Shown here: positions 48,741 to 59,389 of the stretch, in pieces
Numbering within the stretch: position 1 is the stretch's first letter
How the letters are laid out: each line of letters opens with the position of its first letter
Source of the DNA: Tubiluchus corallicola
Taxonomy: Eukaryota; Animalia; Priapulida
DNA: 64,000 bases
Reading direction: 5' to 3'
Assembly: GCA_030141605.1 (NCBI GenBank)
Contig: JAQGDQ010000159.1
Location: 372,001 to 436,000, forward strand
Notes under the pieces: generated by a model
What the model was told of the DNA's origin: nothing
Seen by the model: only the letters and a program-made list of their open reading frames with translations
The model's database searches: none
Program-made: the position numbers and the translations under genes

Positions 48741-51700
48741 ATGGGTGCAAGTCCACAGGAAACAGAAACTCTAAAACAAGCAGAGAATTCGGAAAAGAAG
48801 CAAGCTGACACTGAGCCGATTCACATGTCTCATTGTGATCACGGATGGGCATGGATGATCTTGTTGGCTTCATTCATCATCAACGCAGTGATATTGGGGG
48901 TGACTAATTCTTTTTCTGTTTATTACACCGTCTTCCTCTTTGTTTTCAAGCAAAGTAAATCTGATACGGCTTGGATTGGTTCTATTCAATTAGGACTCAT
49001 GTTCTTTATAGGTAAGTATTAAAAAGTACAATAATTTATTAGCGAGAAAGTCCACTAACTTACCTATCTATTTACCCAACTAGCTGCTTTTCCTTCCTAA
49101 CAAACCTCCCGTCTCCCTACCTTCCTGACTGCTTCACCAATTGAAGTCCTGCTTTATAAAATTTTTTGCGTTTTAATTTCAAAAATCGCTAAAGCAGTGA
49201 TTTTTCTGGCGCACAATAATTAAAACACTAGAACTGGCCAGAATGGTTGCCGCCATAGAAGTCATAAAACTTATATAGTTTTTGGCTTCTAACGCGTTTA
49301 GTGATAAGAGTTAATTAACCTTGGGCTTGGTTAGTTAGTTAATGAGTGACCGGCAGGGAAATAGCTTCTTTCGACTAGTTTTTTACCTTAATAAAATTTG
49401 AAAAAAGAGCAAATAGGCGTACTTGTATGTAGCCGCAGCTATGCACGTTCCCACTGAACTGTGTATAAATGAAAAGGTATGTGAAATGCACTTATTATCT
49501 GGACCCATATCAGTCACATTTTTTCCTTTATGAATGGTGCCTGTTCTTCTGCTGACAGGAAATTTTAAACGACATGTCCTTGAACAAATAATGGAGAAAA
49601 AATGTAATACAGGCAGGCGTTGCTAAATGGTCACTACTGTGGGCGCTAAAAAGAGTAATATAGCGCACATATTTTGTTTACAATGTTTGCACTGCCAAAA
49701 GAATGAACAACTGTAACATTCATCGGAGACCTAAGACTGTGATTTCTGAGGCTGCGTATGTTAAGGTCGAGAGCACTGACGTAATGGTTGTTCAATTGTA
49801 GGCACCATGTGTCTGTAGAATCGACCGAGAAACGTGGAACGTTCAAAAAGCGATGCCATCCACTTTGGTTTCAAATTTGGTTTCAAATTTTCACCTTGCA
49901 TGACAAAAACGTCGAGATCTATAAATGTTCTTTTAGATTTTGTAATGGTTTTCAATATTATTAATAGAATAGTTCAGTTCAATCTTACTGATCGTTTCAG
50001 TTTCTTAGAAAGTTCACAATCGGGTATTACAAATTTACGGCTAAAAATGAAATTGAATTCGAACCAATTTAACACAACGTTTCCCGTCAACTAATTAGCA
50101 GCCATTTGTTTTTTCTACTGTCTAATTTTTCCTTTGGGCTTCTTATCTGTGAAATTCTTTGCCAGAAAGTTGCTTCTTCTGCTTTCTAGTTTTTCTTCGG
50201 GTTTGTTAATGTTTCTGTAAAATTCTTTGGTAGAAGTTGTTTCGCTAAACGACTACAACCTTGTCTGATTCAAAAATACGATCAACAAATTTGTTCTATC
50301 ACTAACAAATTACTATAGTATGAATTCCATTTATCTTTACATGTATTCATACTTTTACGTTTTTATTGCAGACCCTTATTTGAATGGCCATTTGCCCTGT
50401 TTGGGGCGATTTGTGTGAAAAAATAGGCTTTTAGTGCATCATTGCCAGAAACCACGCGAGCATACCCCAAAAATATGAAATAAGAAACATATACATTATA
50501 TTATAGTTAGACTTGTTCTAGTGTGTTCGATTTCAGTGTATATACTGCAGCCTATACAATGAGTCACGACAGTAAAAGTCGCCACTGTCCATTAGTGATA
50601 TAACACTCATTCCCCACGCTTCAAGAGATTTCCCAATTTCTTAATGCGTTTTAGCAAGGCAAATTGAATACCTTTATTTTGAGTGTTGATCCGTTGAATC
50701 TGTACTTTAACATATGTTACGATGATTATGAAGAGGAGGAGGAGGGGAATAAGTTAATGACGACGGCGACAACAGTGATGATGAAAAATGGTCGCAGATG
50801 TTCTCTGTACACGGTAATTAAAAGCTTGTCAATTTAAAGCACAAAAATTAAAAACTGTTTGGCCATCGAAATTCAGAGTGAGCATCGTTTCAAGCTGCAT
50901 ACCATGTCAATTTTTTCTTGCCTCGTAATTGCAAACATTTTTATTTCAGTCCTTACAGACAGAGACAAACATACATACGGCTATCTGCATAGATGACTAG
51001 GTTTTATTACACCACAACCTGAGATGTATAGACGATGTATAGACATATCCATGTATTATTCACATATTTAATCAATGACCGCGTATGATTATGATTTAGA
51101 ATTGCACTACAGCAATAAAATTTGCAGTTTTGACTTTGTTTAATTTAGGTAAGGAGGGCGTGTATAAACAAACAATATCACAAATTTATTGCATAAACTA
51201 ACATAAAACAGGGATTGCTATCAGTTTATTATGCGTAGTCTGATAGCCACTGGTAAAATGGAAGCAATGGAGTGAAATACGATCTAATTATCTAGAAAAT
51301 GTAGGTTTATTACAGGAAAAACATGAGAACCCAGCTTCTGGATGTGATGCCGCTGTGCGTGTTTAATTCTTGCGTTATTTAGTCTTTTTAGCTACATTTA
51401 CAGTAATATACAGCATACTTTCAGGCTATGACTTTATAAAAAACTAAGTCTCACAAGAAATTTCATTATTATTAAATAAGCGCACCGCCTGTGCATCTAT
51501 AAACTGTTTACATAAAATAACGACAAAGACATTTCAAATGCGTAATATTCCTGCAAACACTACGCAGCACAAAGTTCAGGCAAAATTCTCCAATATTTAT
51601 ATTGCCATTATGACCAAACACATCACCAGCATCACGTAGCGCGTTTGTTAACTAAACATTCTTAGATCAACGATATGCCGACAACTTTGCAATTGTAAAA

Positions 51701-54700
51701 TTACATCTCTGTTTTGGCTCCGCTTGCTATGAATAATGAAAATATTTTCGTTTTATTGTAGAGTCGTGATATGTTTGACTTTTCTTCTTTTTCCATTTAT
51801 AAAAAAAATCTTGTTTGACCTTCAGAAATTGTTTTTGCAGAAAGCGACGGTGACGTCGCGCAATTTTGCAAACACTTTAATAAAAAGTTTCTGAACTAGA
51901 CTCACCAGGATTAGCCCTCAATCCATGAAGTGTGGGGCCCACAAAGCTCCGCTCCCTCTATTACTTTTAATATATATCAACGACCTGTTCAATATCCTAA
52001 CCAATAAAAACATATTTTAGTTTGCAGACGACGCCACATTTTTTTATTTATACTCTAGAAATAAATTATCACTAATTTCAACTAAACAAAATGCGTTATA
52101 TTTCTCTCTAAAATAAAAGCTCCCTGAAGCCCAATCTTAGATCATTTAGTTCATCGACACTCGTTGTATCGCATTATAATATAGTCACATAGGGAGATAT
52201 GGATCTCATAGTTTTTTAACATAGCAGCACCAAAATTATAGAATGATCGACCAGTTCACGCAGCACATACGATGACTATTGTTGAAAAATTCAAATCTTT
52301 TCTTAAAACTTATCTTTTCAAAAGAATTATTTTAATTAATTAAAAATTTAATCTGGACAAAGAAGTGGTTTTGGGGTTGATTTCTAGTGGTTCATATGCA
52401 TGTACACATTATAATTTTATTACTATTATCTACAATTAATAGTCAACAGTGTGGGTACGCAAGCTGGCTTATAGGTAACATTAGCTTACGTTTTTTACAT
52501 TAATCTGTATCTAATTCATATGTATCCGTAGGCTAAGTGTTTATTGCTTTTAATTTCGAATTCCTCAATGGGCTATGGGTATATGCAGTGCGGCTCGTAA
52601 CTAAAATTAGTGGGGGTGCTGAAAAATTAAAAAAAAATTTGCCATTGTTTTAATGCTGTGTAAAACGAAACAAACATATGTAATTATGATGTTGATTCCT
52701 CATTGGGCTATGGGTATATGCAGTGCGGCTCGTAACTAAAATTAGTGGGGGTGCTGAAAAATTAAAAAAATTAGTCATTGTTTTAATACTGTGTAAAACG
52801 AAACAAGCATATGTAATTATAATGTTGCAATAGTAATTTTAAACAAACAAACCAGTTTTAACATAACCTTGGTAAACTCCTAAACAAAAAATATTGTTTT
52901 TTACGAATATCCTAAAGTGTCGCAGTTCATGAATTTACCGATACACGGTTTTGAAGCACGTGACAACTGACAACCCTACTGCAGTGAGCGACAGTACTCT
53001 TTCTACCTAAAGTACAGCTTCTTATCTCAGACGTGCGCATCACCGCGTTGCTTCAGCTGTGAAGCAAGTTGTACTTCCCTTACGTGCTCCGGTTCCGCAC
53101 AAGTATAAAGAAAGAACTAAAGAAAAAAGATTATTATGAGTATTGAATACTATCGATAATAATGAGTGAAAACAGGAGGTAGTGCAGTGCCACAGTTCCT
53201 ATACACTGCAGTGAGCGACAGTACTCTCTACCTAAAGTACAGCTTCTTATCGCAGACGTGCGCATCACCGCGTTGCTTGAGCTGTGAAGCAAGTTGCACT
53301 TTCCTCACGTGCTCCGTGAGGAAGCATAAAGTATAAAGAAAGAACTAAAGAGAAAAGATTATTATGAGTATTGAATACTATCGATAATAATGAGTGAAAG
53401 CATGGGGTGGTGCAGTGCCACAGTACCTATACACGAACCGCCACTGTGTACATGTAGACCTGCTTTAAGTTGATTTTATTTGTTAGGATTTATGTATGGA
53501 AAACCCATTTGTCCATTATAACGTTAAGGCATTTTAAATATCTAATAAATTATTATTTGTCAGTAAGACATTAACCTGTACATTGAAAGAAGAAACTGGA
53601 AGAGTTCATTAAATAAAATTTTGGTGATGTTATTAATCAAATTGTTAATTGGAAAACACATGTGATCAATTCAATCAGTTTAAAAATTGCTAAAATCATG
53701 GAATAATTAATACCATTAAAAATAAACTACGCAAATCTCATATACAACACTGTATAACTCATTAGTATACCATAACTAACATTCTGATGCTTTATATGGG
53801 GTACATCTTATCCATCCAACTCAACTTATCTAGGCATCAAGGGAAGAACACTAAACGTTAATTCTATATGAGTTAATTACATATCATTTATCTATTTATA
53901 TGTACAAGACACACCACAGTTTGTTGCCACTCCTTTACAAATCCAATTAATGCGAGCCCAAGATATCATTTTACAAAATGAATGTCATGTCCTTTATTGT
54001 CCTACAAATATTGAAATGCACTTTATTAAAGTTGCAGCACCCAACAACAGGAATAAAATAAGCGCCCAATTAAAATACATAAAACTACAGTTTTCACAAA
54101 TATTTGAAAACAACCTTCCTAAATTTATATTTACTGTACAATTTTTGATGCTTCCATGCTTCATTGAAGTAGTAATGGCTGGTTTCCCATTACTTGTACA
54201 CTATCGAATATGGCTGTATAGTTATTTAAATCATACTGCAGTTATGTCCACTAACCTTAGCCATTTTTTATTGATTCCATTATTGCGCCTTGACAAGCCA
54301 CGCTTTGAAGGGGCCATACAACAATTAATTTATTTGGTTATGGTTGCATCAGTTCATTTTTTTCTTACACTGTTTAGTCTGTTCATCTTGCAGGCTGCGT
54401 GAAATGAGATTATTGATAAAATAAATTGATTTGATTTGATGATGGTGTTCGTTTACGAAATATGTTTAGTTCTTATTTCAGATAGAAACTGTTTCTTGTT
54501 TTTACAGCACCTCTGCAGGCTTATTATAACTTCACACACAAAATGCAACCAAAGACAATGCATGTACATATAAAATGGTAGGTGTAGACAAGAATAGTGG
54601 CCCAGGAAAGCACGGCCTACTGATTCCATTACTGTTTCTGTGTGATTTCTAAGTGCAGCGTTTTCCAGAGGCTTTGGTCGAAAAGCAGTAAAGGTATGCT

Positions 54701-57700
54701 GAATATAAACACAACTAGGTCTAAAATTTATAAAAAGGTCTTCTTTTTCAGGTCCTGTTGCCAGTAAGTTAGCCCGTCGATTTGGCTTCCGTTGTGTAAC
54801 AATGTTGGGTGGAATTATATCAACTACTGGTATTGCGCTCAGCTTTTTTGCTACAAACATTTACCATCTCTACTTTACCTATGGCTTCCTTGTAGGTAAG
54901 TGCAAATCTCTACTTTACCTATGGCTTCTTAGTAGGTAAGTGTCAATCTCTACTTTACCTATATCTTCTTAGTAGACATTTTAAACCTGTATTTGCTTAA
55001 AGAAACTTGAGTTGCCGCTACAGTGCAGAGTAATAAATATTTGTAAAATGCCAAATATGACTGCAACACGAAAAAAAAAACAAGATAGAATCGGTAATGA
55101 GAATTAGGAACACCCAATGTATCTCCAATAAAGTTTTCTCTTGTAGAAAATCTTTATCTACATTTTAGTAGTTCATTATTAGCGATTGAATTGGTCTGCT
55201 CTCCTCTTAAATATAACTATTCCTACTAACAAATTAGGTTTTCTATTTTAGGACTTGGATTTGGCATAACATACACACCATCGTTGGTCATTGTTGGCCT
55301 TTATTTCGATAAGAAGCGTCCTCTGGCGACAGCTCTTGCATTCACTGGTGGTGGGCTTGGTCCAATGTTTTTTCCTATCTTCATGTCGAGGATGGTGAAG
55401 AACTTCGGTTGGGCTGGGTCACTCTTAATAATCAGTTGCTGCGCCATGCAGATTATTGTGTGTGGTGCTCTGTACCGCCCTCTCCCAAGAGCAGCCCAAT
55501 TGGAAATGCAGAGACGGGCCAGCCGAAAAGGCAAGACATTGACCAGGAAAGCCAAGCTGAAGTTACTTCTGCACCTGTTTAACATTATTTGTTGGTCAAT
55601 GGGTACAACAGTGTATTTTGTGATGATAATCGAGTTTGCAAAAACGAAAGCCCTGACACTGGCTGATGCAGCCAAAATGATTTCATTGTTTGGACTTTGC
55701 ACTACCATTTCCAGAGTTGTTACCGCTTGTTGTGCCGGTTTCAAGTGGGTAAATAGAATGGTGCTATACAATATAGGAACTATAGGACATGGTGTTATAA
55801 CTATGTTGTACTTGACTGCGTCTGGGTGGCTAAGTTTTGCATTGTGGTCAGCGCTCTTTGGTTGGTTTTATGGCGTCAAATTTTGCTTGTTGACTTCAGT
55901 GACTACAGACATGTTTGGTATAGAAAATCTTCTGATTGTGGCTGGGCTAAATGCTTTCAGTGGCGGGATTGGAGCGCTAAGTGGACCACCTATTGGAGGT
56001 AAATCAAGAGTTGGTTTACACTTATGATTCTGCTTTCACTATGTTAGTTCCGTCAATACGAGTATTGCCATAATAATTCTTGTGTCTCTCATCTCGTAAT
56101 TTTTCCAGGTCTCTCGTGTTCCTTAGATATTATCGTTATCATCATCATCATTATCATCATAATCGCCGTCGCCATCAGCAGCAGCACCATCACCGTCATC
56201 CTCATTAACACTATTCTCTCATCAACATCACAATTTGTTATACAGCTCGTTCCAAACGAGCTCAATGGGTACTCAAGATAAGGGACTAAAGAAGGTGTAG
56301 ATATGAATAACATAATTTCTAGTGATAGAAGGTACCGTACCAGTTGATATTTTTAAATCGACTGACGTTGCAGTTTTAAGGGAAACAATTTTCTGGTAGA
56401 GAATTCCAACAGACGAGAAGCAAGAGGGGAAAACTTCTACAACTAAAAATGTCCAAGGTAAGCCTATGAGAAGCAGCGGCAAAATCTTCCCTAAAAATAC
56501 CACAAACGAGGCTTTACGTAGCAAATGATCTTCGATGAGGAAGGGATTGTTAAGTTGACCCTAAATCGACACAGTCAAATGGCAAAGCTTCTTTACTAGA
56601 TGTAGTAAAAGAGTTACAAGCACTATACACTACAGGCATCTCACATTTTCCAATGTGTTTAGCTGTTTTTGCAAGATATTTCTGTATCATCGTCATCATC
56701 ACTATAGCCGTCGTCGTCGTCATCATCATCATTGCCATTAGTTTAGTTACTATTATCGTTATCATCATCATAACTGCCGTTGTCATCGTCGTTGTCATTC
56801 TCGTCACCATCATCATCGTCGTCGTCGTCGTCCTCATCATCGGTAAGAAAATGCTACTATCACAGCTTTAAACTGTCTCATCCTAATGTCATCACACCAA
56901 ATATTTCTTCTATTGCTCATAAATTCTTTTGAGTCTCATCCATATCCGCTTTTCTTCATGTTCTTTGCTCTCGTCTTTACTGCCACAAATGAGCAAAAAA
57001 ACCATCGTTTTTACGCATCATACGCTTTTAACTTTAATTTAAAAACGTGCTGTCATTTAGCAAAAAAAGCTGCAAAGTTTCGAAATAACCAGTTAAAACC
57101 TGAACCGATGCCCCCCCCCAAATGAGAATTTGACACTTAACCTGATTTGTGTTTAACATTTTGCACTAATATGGCGTAGGAAGTCACTCGTGTTATATAT
57201 TGTTTTAAATTTCAAACCTTGCTATGCAGGTGCCCTTCTCGATGCGACGCAGAAATTCAAGGTGCCGATGTTGTACTCCGGATTTGTTACTATATTTGGC
57301 GCCGTTGCGTACTTCGTTGCAATGTGGATCAATCGACTACAAAGACAAGAGCGAGAGGAAGAGGAAAAGAGGAACCAGATTGCAAATCAGGATGCTAGAA
57401 TGTCACTTATTGTGTAAGTCACAAACAGCAATTACAAGAAATTAAGGGAAATATAAATGATAAGGAGACGGCTGAAAAAGAGAAACTACATCAGTAACAA
57501 TTGTCTTTAAACTAATTTTACTGCAAATTTAAGTTATAGAATATAATAGAAGTTGGTCTTATTATTTTTCCCTGGATGCAATAAACATGCTTAAAGCAGT
57601 GCAGGCTACCAAAAAGAAAATTAGCTTGGTACTTTCAACTAGTAAAAAGAAGGAAAGTGTCTACAACAGCAATTAACCCTGCACTAAGTGACAAAATTAC

Positions 57701-58324
57701 AATGTTTCAACATTAAAAACTAGAAGACATGTAAAACGCTGGCCAGTCTCGCAACATTTAAAATCAAGATTTCAAAATTTGTTTTGTTAAGCTCAGCAAA
57801 AAAGAAAACTACACTTAGATTAAAAGTGGTTAAACTGTAAGAATTAGAAATCATAAAATGCTAATAAGACCCGCACAAAATTTAGAAATTAGGTCAAAAT
57901 TTTAAACATTTTATCAACTTACTAAGTGCAGCTGATTTCATGTAAAGCTATATTTTATATTAATAGTGATTAAGAACCAAAAACTAAAAGTATTAAAAAT
58001 TACTAAGAGGCGCAAAATTAAAACTAGCTAAATGCAGTGGATGTAGAAACGTAATAATTTAAAAGTACACTCAGTATCACTTTCCTTGCTTTTGCTACAA
58101 AATTTTTTAATGTTAATAAATGATGTAAGTGTTAATGTAAGACTAGACTCTGTCTGACTCCTAAGGCTTCGCTTCTTAATAAACTGCTAATTAAATAGCT
58201 ATATTAACATTTGGAGATCTTTTTATTTTAATGTAGTTTCGCGCCCCCCCCAAAAAAAACTATAATGTCCCGTAATGTAATATTCTTTTATTTTTTCAGA
58301 ATGGAAAGTATATCTTCTGTGTGA
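48741..58324 (+). CDS. Monocarboxylate transporter family (SLC16, MFS) protein, about 456 aa
   Basis: Exons 48741-49011, 54752-54895, 55252-55998, 57230-57413 and a probable terminal exon 58300-58324 (alternative unspliced stop at 57417). Motifs DHGWAWMIL (TM1 DGGWGW-type), YFDKKRPLATALAFTGGGLG, CGALYRP, GPPIGGALLD. Confidence 0.9.
51925..52330 (+). mobile_element. CR1/L2-type LINE reverse transcriptase relic, internally deleted
   Basis: CGAPQSS, PLLLLIYINDL, FADDAT motifs then a 3' end (AAPKL*ND.P...FKSFLKTYLF). Confidence 0.8.
52586..53446. mobile_element. hAT-like MITE with duplicated left end and internal tandem duplication
   Basis: cagtgcggctcgt (52586 and again 52721) vs acgaaccgccactg (ends 53446); flanks ggtatatg/tgtacatg; ~135-bp duplication 52560-52830 and ~230-bp duplication 52977-53433. 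Confidence 0.7.
54866..54975 (+). repeat. 40-bp tandem repeat spanning the SLC16 exon 2 donor
   Basis: atctctactttacctatggcttc..tgtaggtaagtg unit about 2.7 times. Confidence 0.92.
56130..56235. repeat. Degenerate (ATC/GTC)n trinucleotide tract
   Basis: atcatcatc/gccgtcgcc runs. Confidence 0.85.
56270..56680 (-). mobile_element. Degenerate non-LTR retrotransposon 3' fragment
   Basis: Minus-strand remnants HRR...., RSF....WNSLPENCFP*NCNVSRFK resemble CR1/Jockey-group C-termini; bracketed by (ATC/GTC)n tracts. Confidence 0.5.
56685..56842. repeat. Degenerate (ATC/GTC)n trinucleotide tract
   Basis: Source of the spurious Met/Thr- and Ile/Val-rich ORFs. Confidence 0.9.
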
Positions 58325-58721
58325 AGTGAGCTGAATATGGCTTCTCAATGTTTCGCAATGTTTACTATCAGGACCAATATTTGCTGTGTGTTATCGACCC
58401 ACTGTCTGAATTGTTTCACATAACTACAGAAATCCTATACTGGCATGCGAAAATTCGATATTTTTTATTAGGCAAAGACACTCTGTAAATAAAAACACTC
58501 GGAAAATTCACTATTTCTGAGAAAGGATATTTTATACAATAAATATCGCAACGATTTGTGTACGTGTTGTTATTCCACTTCTGTCTTTATTGTTGAAGTA
58601 GAAAGTGCTAACTGCGAACACGGTTTCGTTACGCTTTTAAGCATCTAAACAGCAAATCAGCAATGAGCAATCACGTCGTATCAAAACGCACAGTGTCATT
58701 TTAAGTGTTAATTAATTGTGA

Positions 58722-58838
58722 TTAGCGCGGTACAACGCACATTGTAAACGGTATGGAACCAAAATATATTCCCAACTTTCTTGTATTTGGTGTTGATCTT
58801 CTCATGCTGGAGCTTCCACTGTAAATCTTTGCAATAAT
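58722..58838 (-). pseudogene. Degenerate duplicate of the last ~130 nt of the CYP coding sequence
   Basis: ttagcgcggtacaacgcacatt...ttcccaactttc.tgtatttggtgttga...gtaaatctttgcaataa aligns to 59390-59510; contains indels and an in-frame stop. Confidence 0.8.
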
Positions 58839-59389
58839 TACATAAGGCGCTTAATTGCTAGGAATCACGCACATTATTTTATTTTATCTTAACGAACGAA
58901 ACTTATAAAGAATATACATTCTAACATTAATGATACAGTGTACTATATATCAAATATTTCGACGATGAAAAGCATTTTGATACAGAAATTCTTTCTATAA
59001 ATTTGCTAGTTTCTTTATTATTCACGAATCCTATAACACACACATACTATATTTTTATACAATTGCGCGTGCTGTCAGCTGTAAATACAAAGGCTAAATT
59101 GTTTTATTTCATTATTTTATTTATTTCAATTTAGTTCATTATCTATTTTGTTTCACTACTAGTGTATTTCCTTATTTGCTTGTGCCTGTTTGTTTACATG
59201 ACAATTATACATATTTAGTAATGTCTCAGCTCAGCACAAATATACTTATTTTTTTATTATATAGAAACCAAAATTAATGTCAATGTAGATAATGCCTATA
59301 TTTCACCTTCTACTGTGCAGCGATGAATAACTGGTGTCGAATACTCGAGTCTAGTAGGTCTAATAGGTCTAGTAAGTTGTTAGTTTTTT

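Noticed and set aside
49226-50523. CACTA-like element (cactagaac...gttctagtg)
   Set aside because: Only a 9-bp inverted match and no TSD.
53950-54860. 150-aa and 135-aa ORFs
   Set aside because: Intronic or antisense to SLC16 exon 2, with no domain signal.
56550-56871. Met/Thr-rich and Ile/Val-rich ORFs
   Set aside because: Translations of trinucleotide repeats.
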